NCBI GenBank assembly: GCA_010909165.1
Contig: MU008170.1
Span: forward strand, 558,001-622,000
Source of the DNA: Anthoceros angustus
Lineage: Eukaryota; Plantae; Anthocerotophyta
DNA length: 64,000 bases
Direction of reading: 5' to 3'
The notes under the pieces are model-generated. The model was not told where the DNA came from and ran no database searches. It was given only the letters and a program-made list of their open reading frames with translations. Made by a program: the position numbers and the translations under genes. Positions within the stretch are counted from its first letter, which is position 1. Each line of letters begins with the position of its first letter. Of this stretch, positions 42,120 to 53,300 are shown piece by piece.

Positions 42120-42430
42120 CTAGCCCCCACGAATGCCAACCCCGAAGCTACTTACTGCCCCGATTATGTCGTGGTCCGAGATGAGGAAAGACCTACCTAC
42201 AACTGGTGCCAATGATGCAACGTCTCTTGCAGTCGTCCTGTAAATAGCATTGGCCAGCGCCCTTCGCAAGGTGATGGATACCCATTGTCGAGAGAAAACC
42301 ACCACCGAGGAAAGATGGAGACCCACTCCATTCCGACCACTGTGGTAGGCTTCTGCACAATCCTTAATGAAGCCAAAATATAAGTGTTCCCGAAGCCATC
42401 CCCAGGGTGCGCTTATAGTTAATCAGGGTA
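42120..42430 (-). mobile_element. Possible 3' ORF remnant of an RLE-type (CRE-like) non-LTR retrotransposon
   Basis: FSRQWVSITLRRALANAI resembles the terminal QRLSxALQRxNA motif of such elements as recalled. Confidence 0.4.
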
Positions 42431-42441
42431 ATTTCGGACAT

Positions 42442-42611
42442 AAGAAGGAGAAGAAGAATTTTATTGAAGTCCACTAAGGACGGATTTCCGTCATGGGACT
42501 TGGTACTTAACAACTTGTACCATGGTTGCCTAAGCTACTTGCACCAAGGGCATCCATTCCCTTTAGGCACCCCATCTAAGTACCGATCCAAGCTCAGGAT
42601 GCTTAATCACG
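42442..42611 (-). mobile_element. Short structured retroposon-like repeat, copy C (5'-truncated)
   Basis: Reverse complement of the 3' ~170 bp of copies A, B and D, with the tail intact. Confidence 0.85.
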
Positions 42612-42844
42612 GCGTTAATCACATGGTTAGCGGGAGAGGGCGTTCAGGACATCGGGGCGGAGGGTAACAGACATACCGCATGAAAATAGACTTACGTTCC
42701 GAGTCCACAAAATTTGGTGACGGAATTCAGGACAAAATCGAGTGGAGGAGTGGAGATGGCGTCAGCAGTGAAAGCGAAACTGTGGTATCCCGCACCCGCA
42801 GCGGAAGCGGAACAAGGGGCGTGGAGAGGTCGGCGTCCGGGAGC

Positions 42845-43468
42845 ATGGCGGCCGCGGCGAGCCTGGCACTCCCCTGTGCGCCGGGCGTGCAAGCCCGGCT
42901 GGGACTCCGGGGCGGGAGAAACCCTAGAACGCAGAGCATGCGGGTGAGAGCTTCGGCCGCGGCGTCCACCGCGGAAGGGGCGACCTCGTCGGAGGAGGCA
43001 CCGGCCGTGGTGCGGCAGTCTCCCCTGCTGAGCGGCCAGGCCATCAAGCAGGTGCTGGCCGGGGAGCTCCCGGTGGCCGTGGACCACTACGCGCGCCTGG
43101 GCCTGCCGCGGGGGGCCACCGATGAGCAGGTCAGGGTCACCTACGGGAAGCTGGCGCGGGAGCTCATGGTGGAAGAAGGCGAGGACGAGGAGAAGGCGCG
43201 CGCTCTGGGGGTGTTGAGGGAGTCGTTCGAGCTGCTCACGTCCGAGGAGGAGCGCAGGATGTATGACTGGAGCTTGGAGCGGGTAGAGAACCGGGAGGAG
43301 CGGTATGTTTGGCCGCATGAGGCGGATGTGACGCAGTCGCGGGATTATGCTCCTGCGACCTACACTCCTGAGAAGGACGAGGAGGGGATTAGGATCACGG
43401 GGTTCATCTTCCTTGGGTGGTTTGCGTTGTCGGTGTTCCTCAGCATCTTCTTCAAGAATCCGAATTAG
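42845..43468 (+). CDS. ndhU: Chloroplast NDH complex subunit U (CRRL), J-like protein, intronless
   Basis: Transit-like N-terminus, VDHYARLGL, EERRMYDWSL, ERYVWPHEAD, C-terminal TM helix, no HPD. Confidence 0.85.
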   Translation: MAAAASLALPCAPGVQARLGLRGGRNPRTQSMRVRASAAASTAEGATSSEEAPAVVRQSPLLSGQAIKQVLAGELPVAVDHYARLGLPRGATDEQVRVTYGKLARELMVEEGEDEEKARALGVLRESFELLTSEEERRMYDWSLERVENREERYVWPHEADVTQSRDYAPATYTPEKDEEGIRITGFIFLGWFALSVFLSIFFKNPN

Positions 43469-43721
43469 AAGGCAGGGGAAGCCAATGTTATCGTTGTGTT
43501 GTGCAATGCGGACATGGCCGTGCGTGCACCCGCTTGTCATCAGCAGGCGTGGCTTGTGCTATGTTTGTGATGCAGATTCTTGTTAGCTGGAAGCGTTGTG
43601 TTCGCTTCCTTGTAAAATTAATTCTTCCTCCGCTTGGTGCTCCAGTAGTCCTTGCTTTGGAATGCGCAAGCATTGTATGTATGTATGTATTGCACTGTTC
43701 CATCAACATCTAATTTTGTGA

Positions 43722-44075
43722 TGACACAGCAAGATGTATGTCCAGATTTTAAATACTTGTCTGGGCTGAGCTGACGAGCCTTATCTTAATGTAAACAAGA
43801 GGTAGAGTTCTGAAGTATAAGGACAGGTGTTGGAAACCCATATGCGAGAAGAAGGTCTGGCTTCCTCATGTGCTAGCAGTCTTGTGTAGATGTTGGTGGA
43901 ACAAACATCTACTTTTCTGGTGACACAGCAAGATGAAACACAAGTACAGATTTCAGAAAGTTTTCTGCGCTGGGCTGAGGGCCCTCATCTTGATGCAAAA
44001 CAAGAGGTGAAGAATTCTGAAGTCTAAAAACAGGCATTCGAAACCCATATGCGAGCAGCATGTCTGGCTTCGTCG
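43722..44075. repeat. Diverged direct duplication (~150 bp, two copies) between the NdhU and Borealin 3' ends
   Basis: tgacacagcaagatg...ctgggctgag...gaaacccatatgcgag...gtctggcttc at ~43722 and ~43921. Confidence 0.75.
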
Positions 44076-44131
44076 CTCTGGTTATAAGTCTCTTCCACCA
44101 ACGCACAGCGCGTGTCTTGTCTTTCTGTCCA

Positions 44132-45319
44132 TCAGTAGTGTCCAAGGGGCGAGCCATTGATGGACATGAGCAACTCTCCTCGCTGAGGCCTTCTCTCCGA
44201 CCTCGGGGTGACTCCACACCGGGAAGGTTGCAGAGCAGCAGCGAGAGGAGGACCTGTGAAGAGGCTGCCTCTTCTCCACATGGCGGGAGTGGCCATGGTA
44301 GGACTGGTGAGGGCACCGTAGTCTCGAGACGCCGATGCCTGGATGTAGGCTGACATGATCTCCGACAGGTCCCTGTTGTCTCGGTCACGGTTCAGGCCTC
44401 TGGTGGCCCACTTCTCCGCGCTGAAGTCTGCAGCTGCCATGGCTGGGGCAGGAGTGGGCACCACATTTCCCTGCACCTGCTGCAACCCAGCAGCAGCAGC
44501 AGCATCCTGCTGCTGCTGCCCTTCCGCCCAAGCGTTCCCGACATCCCCAGCGATGCTTGTGTCGAACTTCCTAATCTCCAAGGACCCGTCCTCCCGCTCC
44601 ACGATTCCGCAATGGGTGCAGTACTTTTCCACAAACTCCACCAGCGGCATCCTGAGCTGGGCTGCCGAGAACTTGGCCTGCTGCAGCTTCAGCTGGGCCA
44701 TCACCGCCGGGAGCTGCATCTCCAGCGTGGCCTTGAGGGCCTCACACCGGAACTCCACCTCGGAGTTGATGCTCTCGCTCACCCGGCGGATCAGCTCCAG
44801 CCGCTCCTCGTAGGTGGAAGGAAGCCCTGGCACCTCCTTCAGCGGAGGCCTGGCAGGTAAGTCCACTCTGCCCGAGCTCTTGGGCGGCGGCTCCGCCTTG
44901 TCTCCTACAACTCCATCCTCCCCAGCAGCCCCCTCCTGCACCGCTCTGCGGCCTCTCCCTTTCTTGGGTTTGGGAGCAGAACCCTCCTCCGATTCCAACA
45001 TCACCTGCAAACCAGCCCCGTTTCCATCCTTCCCATGCCCATCTCCATTCCCGGCATCCTCCTCCTTCGCCTGCTTCTCCCCCAACCTTGTCCTCCTCGT
45101 CGCCCTCCCCGAACCCGCAGCAAGCCCTACAAACCCATCTTTCTCCCCCGCGTTGGCATCCACGTCCACCAGCGGCCTCCTCCTGGCCGCCTGCTTCCTG
45201 GTCACCCGCCCCCCAGCCTCCCCTGCTCCTTCTCCTGCCGCCTCATCCTTCGCCGGGGAGCTCGAGGAATCGGCTCCCTTCCTCGGCCTCCCCCGCTTCT
45301 TGCCACCCGCTTTCTCCAT
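44132..45319 (-). CDS. BORR: Borealin-related chromosomal passenger complex subunit, intronless, with long N-terminal extension
   Basis: Helical segment ...KFSAAQLRMPLVEFVEKYC and C-terminal RRPQRGELLMSINGSPLG, as in Borealin/CDCA8. AT-hook-like KKRGRPRK at the N-terminus. Confidence 0.85.
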   Translation of the reverse strand: MEKAGGKKRGRPRKGADSSSSPAKDEAAGEGAGEAGGRVTRKQAARRRPLVDVDANAGEKDGFVGLAAGSGRATRRTRLGEKQAKEEDAGNGDGHGKDGNGAGLQVMLESEEGSAPKPKKGRGRRAVQEGAAGEDGVVGDKAEPPPKSSGRVDLPARPPLKEVPGLPSTYEERLELIRRVSESINSEVEFRCEALKATLEMQLPAVMAQLKLQQAKFSAAQLRMPLVEFVEKYCTHCGIVEREDGSLEIRKFDTSIAGDVGNAWAEGQQQQDAAAAAGLQQVQGNVVPTPAPAMAAADFSAEKWATRGLNRDRDNRDLSEIMSAYIQASASRDYGALTSPTMATPAMWRRGSLFTGPPLAAALQPSRCGVTPRSERRPQRGELLMSINGSPLGHY

Positions 45320-45384
45320 CTTCCTCTTCCTTCTGTCAAAGAACCACAACCCAACACCACTACACCTCCATCCAGCCTACCCAC

Positions 45385-45657
45385 CTACCCTGTTTCCTGC
45401 TCGAACTCTCCAGCATCGCTATCCTCTTCCACATTGTCAGCCTCTTCGTCCTCCGCATCCGGCTCGTACTCGTCCTGGTCGTTGTCTGGCGGGATTTTGC
45501 CGATGACTACAATGCCGTCGCAGGCCGTCTTGATCTCGTTGAACTTCTCATCCAGCTCGGACTCCTGCTGAGCCAGAATAGCCTCATCGCTGTCCTGGAT
45601 CTGCCAGTACGAGGAGTGGTCGACGGTGGGCGGCACCAGACGGGGAAACATCAACAT
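45385..45657 (-). CDS. APC15: Anaphase-promoting complex subunit 15 (90 aa)
   Basis: MLMFP...ESELDEKFNEIK...IVVIGK, then an acidic tail ending EFEQETG, matching plant APC15 as recalled. Confidence 0.85.
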   Translation of the reverse strand: MLMFPRLVPPTVDHSSYWQIQDSDEAILAQQESELDEKFNEIKTACDGIVVIGKIPPDNDQDEYEPDAEDEEADNVEEDSDAGEFEQETG

Positions 45658-45720
45658 GCCTGCCTCCTCCTCCTCCTCCTGTTCCCAGCTCGTCTCCTCC
45701 AACGTCTCGCAACTCTCCGC

Positions 45721-45750
45721 TTCCCGCGCCTCGCAGCCGTTCAAACGGTT
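45721..45750. promoter_or_regulatory. Two opposed MSA cores (AACGG) and an E2F-like ttcccgc upstream of APC15
   Basis: ccgtt at 45737-45741, aacgg at 45744-45748, ttcccgcg at 45721. Confidence 0.45.
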
Positions 45751-46226
45751 TTTATGGGCGATACAAATAGGACAAGGAAATCCCAAAACCCCGCCTATCC
45801 GGCCAGCCGCACCGCCCGAGCTTCCCGGTTGTTAGCTGCACTTCCACGTGGGTTCCAACTTCGGAGCTCTGTACGTCCAGATCCGTGTCCTGACGAGGAT
45901 TAACCTTCCCGCTTGTTAGAGATTCAAGCCTCTGCTACTGCATACATCCAGAGTTGGGTCATGATCTTCGAGATTATGCTCAGCCCAAGGGCTATATACC
46001 TAGTGCTCTATGTTCTTCCTGTGATGTAGCTCTAGCTCTGACTGTGTGAAGTCAGATTTCTAAACAGTACTGGCATTGGTAAGTGACGGTGTGAAGCAGG
46101 TTAGCTTTGAACTCTTTCGGTGAGTTCCTGAGGATTAGTGTGGGATAGGAATTTCAACTCGGGTCGTGGAGTTGGTCATCTCTGACCTCCTGGGCGGCAG
46201 GGCCGAGAATTGTGTAGAGGAAATTC

Positions 46227-47429
46227 ATGGCGAGTCTTGTGGCTCCGAGTTGCTCTCCATCAGCTTCGAAAGTCCTTGTGAACAAGGATGTTGCTGAGTT
46301 GATGTCAATTGAAGCACATAAGCATGGTGATGGGTCACGTGGCTGCACATGGGCGAGGTGGGGACAAAGCCATCGGTGGAGCCAGCTTTGTTTGAGCCGC
46401 AGCAGCAGCAGCAGCAGCGGGTTCCACAAGTTGGGATGGAGCTTGGAAGCCTGTAGGCAAAGGAGCAGGAGTACCAGTGGCAGAAGGAACAGTGGTTTAA
46501 TGGAGATAGTTGCCAAGGTTGTGAGGCAGAGGCACAAGGAGATCGATAAGTCGGAGAAGCTCATGGAGGATCCTTATAACGGGCATGTTTGCGACGTGAT
46601 GAGCACCGGTGTGGTATCAAGGACCTCTGACGCGCTGGTGGAAATCAAGGACTCCAGAAACTCCACAGTGGTATGGACCATGGACATGGATGTCTTCCAA
46701 CACTACACTGGCCTGCCGGTGGTGGACGGCCGTGGTCGCTGCGTCGGGGTGTTCACTCTGGAGGTAAGTAAGTAAGTGTTCAGGAAGGTGGTAATGAACG
46801 GTCGGCAGCAACCTCCAGTGATGCCATCGATCTCCCCCATGTTGATAGGACTACGAGAACAGAGCCAGCAGCTGCAGAGACGAGCAGTGGGTTGCAGTGG
46901 ACGACAAGGTCGGTGCACAAGTAGGATTGCCGGCAGTTTCTCTGCTGGGTCTTCCAGTAAGGTAGGACAGTGCAGGCTGTGCTTCGTGATTGGGCATCCA
47001 TCCATATCCCTCGTCCCCTTCCTTTTCCTGCTCCTCTTCCTCCTCCTCCTCCTCCTCCTCCTCCTGTGCTGCTACCATGTCTTCGAATGCAGTGCTATCA
47101 TGTCAAGTCCGGCAATAGTGATCAAGGAGCATGCTCCCATAGCCTATGCCGCCGCGTTGATGCTCCAGAACGAGGTACGTATGTGAGCACCGGCCATGTC
47201 TCCCTCCTGGAACAGATGATATGTGTGCTACTCTACTAACTACCCCCAGAATGGATGGATTGGCATGTGACAGGTGCACCGCCTCCCCGTGTTGGACAGC
47301 AACGGGCTGCTAGTCGGCATCGTGACGAGGACAGACATCTTCGAGCCCTTGTCCGAGATCAACCCCATGTACCACGTCCTTGCCGGGAAGCGAAGGGACA
47401 GCAGTATGCCACAGTTCACAGACGGATGA
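46227..47429 (+). CDS. CBS-domain pair protein (CBSX-like, probably plastid-targeted; middle exon junctions unresolved)
   Basis: HVCDVMS, YTGLPVVDGRGRCVGV, AIMSSPAIVI...AAALML and VHRLPVLDSNGLLVGIVTRTDIF. Confidence 0.85.
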
Positions 47430-48389
47430 CAGGTCCCTGAAAAGAATATTAGGTACCTACATACCCACAGCACTAATATTATACATCCACATGTGTGCAT
47501 ACCAGCGCATGGTTGGTAGGCCGGTGTGGGATGTGGAAGATCGAGAGGGTGAGAAATGTATGCATGGAAAGCGCGGATCGGAGAGCCGTCTGCAGGAGGT
47601 TTTACTCACACGTAGATTGCACATATTAGGCTGTCCAGTGAAGAACACAGATCATGTACATTGTATTACACAACAGATCTTGTACACATAAGAGGGCCGG
47701 CAGACAGGAGTTCTTGCCAATTGATGCAATAAACGGCAAGGGGAAGATGCGTGATGGAGCAGGAGAGTGTGCACTGTATGTAATCAGCCAGGCAGGGGGT
47801 GGCAGGGAGGAGACGATTCCTGGTGCCGTGGAGCATCAAGCTTCTGCTGCCTCCCGTCCTGCTGCTGCTGCTGCCGGCAGGCTGCTGCGTTGCCCAGCCT
47901 TCCCTGATGTGAACAGTGAAATTTCACGCTTCAAACATAGCAAGGGTGGAGTGCTGCAACCCCATGGCCGATTTTCCTGGCCCTCGTTTTAGGAAGAAGC
48001 CGGTCAGGCGGACGCAAGCACGCGCAAGGCGACGAGACGGTGTCGCCCTAATCTGGCGTCTTCCCTATCACACAAGATCCATGCTGTGGCGGAGCAGGCG
48101 GGGCAGGCGGGACAGGCGGGGCAGGCGGCCAGGATGCCAGGCTGCCATGCAAGTTGCGAGCTGCAAGAAGCGACAAGGAATCGTGGATTCGTGAATCGTG
48201 GCTCCGCTCCGCGTCTCCCTGCGAGGCCTGCATGATTGAAACCCTAGTGACGTGTGACCTGACCCTGTCAGCGACCCGCTGCCGTTGGCGGGCCTCGCTG
48301 AGTGTGCCGGATTTGTAGCGTTGCTCCGGCCGCGGGGCGGCAATGGAGACAGGGAGGCGCCCGGGGGGCCCGGGCCGGGGAGCCCGCGC

Positions 48390-49430
48390 TCTGCCCGCTG
48401 CCCGCTGCCCGCTGCCCGCACAGCTGTGTTCGTAATATGTGATAATTAAAGGGGAGGTACCTGCATAACGCCAATGCCATGCCATGCAGTGCATGCAGCA
48501 TTGCAGTGCCGTGTGTGTCATGATACAGTTTCGCCTTTTCGCCCTTTCGCCTTTTCGCCTTGCATTTTGGTGGAGGGTGGCCTCGGCAAACGGGACGGGG
48601 GCGTGTGACGTGTGAACGCCGTTACAGGCCGGTAATAACGTGGTCCAGGCAGCGGGCCGTGCAAGGCTTTCATCAATCATTTAGCGGCTCCCGAGAAGGG
48701 GTAGGTCGGGACCGGGTACGGGTACGGGCCGCGTTAATAACCGCATCATGCTCTGCCGCCGATTATGATGCACATTGCACATGCCCCAGCCGGGCCCGGC
48801 CCTGTCCGACTGCACGGAACGGAGTCGGCGCCGATACTGCTTCCGTTGCCGCTGCCACCGTTCACACGGGGCTGCCTGTTGGGCCGGACCCGGAGCCTGC
48901 GTTGTCGCGGTCCTGGTCCTGGTCCTGGTCCTGGTCGCGATCGAACCGCGCTCCCTTTCTCCCCCGGCATGTTGCCGACGCTGATGCTCGGATTCCCAGG
49001 ACGCGACGAAACTGGCGGGCTGTGCAGCAGCAGCAGCAGCAGGAGCAGTATGATCGGAATTCGCGTCTCGTGAGTCGTCTCGTCTCGTCTCGTCTCGTCT
49101 CTTCGTCTCTCGTCCCGTCTCACCTGTCCAGGGAAGGAGAGGCTGGCGTGGCCTGGCTCTGGCCTGGCCTGTAGCTGCTGCTCATCCAGCTCATCGTCTG
49201 CACCGCACTGCGACGTCGCTGTTTTATCTTGTGTCTGGGAAGGTTCCCATTTTGGCTGCCTTCGTCTCTTGTGTGTCGCCTGGCACTCGCTCCAAGCCCT
49301 GCCTGCTTGGCCTCATGTGCCGCCTTCTTTTATCTCCACGTGAACAAAGGAGGAACAGGAGCAGCAGCAGCAGCAGCCGGAGAAGGAGAAGGAGAAGGAA
49401 CAGGAGCAGCAGGCAGCAGGGAGCAGGCAG
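48390..49430. repeat. Microsatellite-rich GC region upstream of the RLK
   Basis: (ctgcccg)n ~48391, (ggtcct)n ~48909, (cag)n ~49025, (cgtct)n ~49064-49120, (ggagaa)n ~49379. Confidence 0.8.
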
Positions 49431-50301
49431 CGGCAGGAAAGAGGGGACGGCACTTCCTGCCTTCGCTTGCTGATATCCGGCTCCCTGCCCCTTTCCCCAG
49501 CTCCTTTTGCACCAGCCATAGCCATTGCCGCTACCCGCAGCCGCAGCCTCGGAGAGCGAGCTCCTCCGGCTTCCACGCACACATCTCTCGGCTGGCCTCG
49601 GATCTCGCACCTGCAGCTGCCTGGTGCTGGTGTTTGAATGTTGCAAGGCAGGGCCAGGGTTCGCAGATCGGCGCAAGTGAGCACTTTCTTGGCCGGGCGT
49701 TTGCGTTTCTGTCTCTCTTGTCTTCTGTTTGTGGTGAATCCGGTGTTGCGGGATGCGGAGCTCGGGAGCTCTGGTCCGGGATTGATGTCGGTCCATTTAC
49801 TCGGTGCAATCCGGGATCTTGTTCAGGGACGGCAGCGTGGTGTGGTGTGGTTTTAGGGAGTCTGTGTTGCGCGGCGGGCGGCAACGGCCAGGAAGCGAGC
49901 AAGCAGATGGTTCACTGCAGATTATCTCCAGTGCTTGGCTGGAGGAAGCGGGTGTGGAAGGGGAGGTATTACCAAGGGCCTGTCAGGCTTCCTTGAACGT
50001 GCGCCGAGCTGCTTTGCGTGCCTCTCGAATGGTTGCACTTGCACCACCGCCAGTCTGGCACAGAAGGCGCAAAAAATGCGCCAGCCGAATGCACAGCAGC
50101 AGCGGGAGCGCTGGGACGCGTTGAGGAAGTTGTCGCCGCTGCACAGAGACGTATCAAGCAGCAGCGGCACCGGCCTGCATGCTTCGAATATGTGGCGCTT
50201 TAGAGGAGACAGCAGGAGCTGCCAGATCTGATGCAAGTTGCCGGGACCGGGGTGCTGCACTCTGTTACCAAGTGCAGGAACCGTCTGGCCTACACTCGAA
50301 C

Positions 50302-53300
50302 ATGAGTGATAGAAGAGGGCATAATGCACCTTCCACTACAACATGGCGTCTGATCTCCCAGGCAATCCTCTCGCTCTGCGTCCTTCTGGAGCTTCAGCTG
50401 GTTCAGCCTGCAAGCGTTTCCGCTCCGGCAGACGCTTCCGTCCTCCTAGACTTCAAAGGAGGACTGTCCGATCCGACGGGCTTGCTCAGGAACTGGGGCA
50501 GCTCATCTCTCCCCCTGTGCAATTGGACGGGGGTCGACTGTGGTCCTGGTCAGTCACAGCTGGTGTACTCTCTGCATCTTCCCCGGGCCTTGCTCAGCGG
50601 TACCATCTCACCAGCGCTTGGCCAACTGTCTGCGTTGAGAGCTCTTGATCTCTCTTCCAACTATTTTTATGGCGAAATCCCTCCACAGCTTGCCAATTGC
50701 TCCCGGCTCAAGGCCATCAGGTTGGGCAACAATGAGCTTACTGGCTACATCCCGGACGAGCTTGCAACTCTTACTCGCCTAGAGGTTCTCGATCTGAGTT
50801 ACAATCATTTCGCTCCGGCTGCGGTTCCTGCTGCTCTTGCTAGCCTTACCAAGCTGCTGGAGCTCAATCTTGGGGGCACGAATCGCACTGGTCAGATTCC
50901 GCCCGCCTACTTCGGCGACAACTTTAAGAGTCTTCAGAAACTCGTGCTGCCGCAGAACAGGCTCGAGGGAGAAATCCCTATCAGCAGTGATTGGGTTTGT
51001 GGCAACCTCACGTATCTGGACCTCAACAACAACTCTCTCACCGGCCCCATCCCTCCTCAGCTGGGTACATGTGCCAGTCTCTACTTCTTGGATCTGAGCA
51101 CCAACAGACTCTCTGGCCCCATTCCTGAAGAAATAGGCAACCTGCTCTCCCTGGTCTCCCTCTGGGTCTTCACCAACAATTTGAATGACAGCATACCGTC
51201 ATCTCTTGGCAACTTGAAGAACTTGGAGAGCATCCGTCTCGGAGAGAATCAGCTGTCAGGTCCTATACCGGATGAGATTGCTGGATGTACCGGGCTTAAA
51301 ACTCTGGGATTTGCAACAGCAGGGCTGTCGGGTCAGATCCCTCCTGGGTTGGGACGCCTGGAGCTTCTGGAAGAGGTCCGGTTGTACAACAATCGTTTGA
51401 CAGGCTATTTGCCCCCAGAGCTTGGGAACTGCAGCCGATTAAATGTCTTGGCTGTGCACAACAATTCCATTGGAGGGAGTATACCACCGGAATTCGGCTA
51501 TCTCAGAAACCTCTCTACTCTGTATTTGTACAGGAATCAGCTTGAAGGTCCAATTCCGGAGTCGCTGGTGAACTGCACTCAGCTGACTGGGCTTGATTTT
51601 TCTTACAATCATCTTGGGGGTGAGCTACCCAATGATATTGGCAATTTGGTAAACCTCCAGGTGCTTTCTCTTTTCAACAACAACATCACAGGAACCATTC
51701 CATCATCCTTGGTCAATCTTGTTCAGCTGTGGAATCTGGATCTGTCTTACAATGATTTTTATGGTACCGTGCCGCCAGAAATTGGGCGGATGCCTCAGCT
51801 TCTTAATCTTATACTGGCAGGGAACTCGTTTGAGGGTGTGCTGCCGCAGGATCTTGGACAGTACAGTGTCCTTCAGAAGCTGGATGTATCCAACAATGGT
51901 TTGTCCGGTTCCATTCCTCCTGGAGTTTGCCGTGGGGGAAATTTGTCTTCTTTGGTGCTTCTCAATAACTACTTTTCAGGGGAGATCAATGGGCCAATCG
52001 CAAATTGCACATCACTAGTTCAAGTGCGCCTGGCCAACAACAGCTTCACTGGTACTGGCCCCAGTGATCTTACTTCTTTTGGTCAGCTGTACTGGATGGA
52101 CCTCTCCGACAATGAGCTTCATGGGGGATTTCCTCGAGGCCTCTCAAGTCTGACGCAGCTGGCTGCCTTACAATTGTCAAATAACAACTTCTCTGGTGAA
52201 CTCCCATCAGAAATAGGGGAACTGACCTCCTTACAGTTATTCAGTGCTGCCAATAATCGCTTTACAGGAAACATCCCAGCGGAGATAGGAGATCTGCAGA
52301 AGCTTCTGGGTTTGAATCTTGCTGGGAACCTGTTGACAGGGCCTATTCCCGAGGAGATTGGCAACTTGACACAGCTTTCCTACCTATTTTTGCAGGAGAA
52401 CTATTTGAATGGCTCTATTCCTCAGGCACTGACCAGGTGTGAGCGCTTGCTATCTCTGGACCTGGGAAACAATCGTCTAAGTGGATCAATCCCTCCAGAC
52501 ATTGGAAAGATGGTGACTTTGCAGTATGGCCTGAACCTAACACAGAATTCTCTCTCAGGCACCATCCCGTCCTCTTTGGGAACCCTTGTGAATTTGCAGG
52601 TTTTAGACCTTTCTCACAATGACCTGCATGGCCAGGTTCCTGGTACACTGACGAATTTACAATCCCTTCTCAATTTCAGCTTTGCAGAGAATCAGCTTTC
52701 TGGCCCCATTCCTGGTACTTCGCTATTCACTTCTGCTCCTATAAGCTCTTATGCAGGAAATCCAGGTCTCTGTGGGATGCCACTTCCGCCCTGTTCAGTG
52801 CCTGGGGCCCCAGGCAGTGGAGGCAAAGAAAAGAGTGGGCTAGGTCTGTCCTTGGGAGCTGTGATTGGGGTCATCTTTGCTGGTGTGGCTGCAATCTTGA
52901 TAGCAACTGTATTTCTCTTGTTCTGGAAGAGACAGTATGATGATGAGGACTACAAGTTGACCCACTCTATCAGTGGCCGTCGGATGGGCTCCATCAACTC
53001 CTCAGTGAAGGATTTTGAAGGCAGCACCTCAGGGCTCACCTATCGCGACATCATGGAGGCTACTCAAGGTTTGAGTGAGCGGAATGTGATCGGGTCTGGT
53101 GCATATGGAACAGTGTTTAAAGCTGTCTTGCCAACCGGACAGATCCTTGCCGTGAAAAGAGTGATCCTGCCGATGGACGGGTGCACTGAGAATAATTCCT
53201 TCAATGCTGAGGTTCGGACTCTGGGACAGATCCGCCACCGGAATCTTGTCCGCCTTATTGGCTTTGCAACCAACATGAACCTGAACCTGCTGCTGTATGA

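Noticed and set aside
42680-43468. NdhT (CRRJ), or a start at 42680
   Set aside because: No HPD, and the YVWP motif fits NdhU. The ATG at 42845 begins a transit-like Ala/Ser/Arg-rich sequence.
44814-45903. Long plus-strand ORFs opposite Borealin/APC15 (similar cases at 15681-16481 and 42692-43540)
   Set aside because: Antisense shadows of GC-rich coding sequence with no recognisable motifs.
48048-50231. 200-255 aa ORFs upstream of the RLK
   Set aside because: Low-complexity GC-rich microsatellite sequence, probably promoter or 5' UTR. uORF function cannot be supported from sequence alone.
50179-50301. N-terminal extension of the RLK ORF
   Set aside because: It begins at a non-ATG codon and precedes the signal-like segment; ATG 50302 is preferred.
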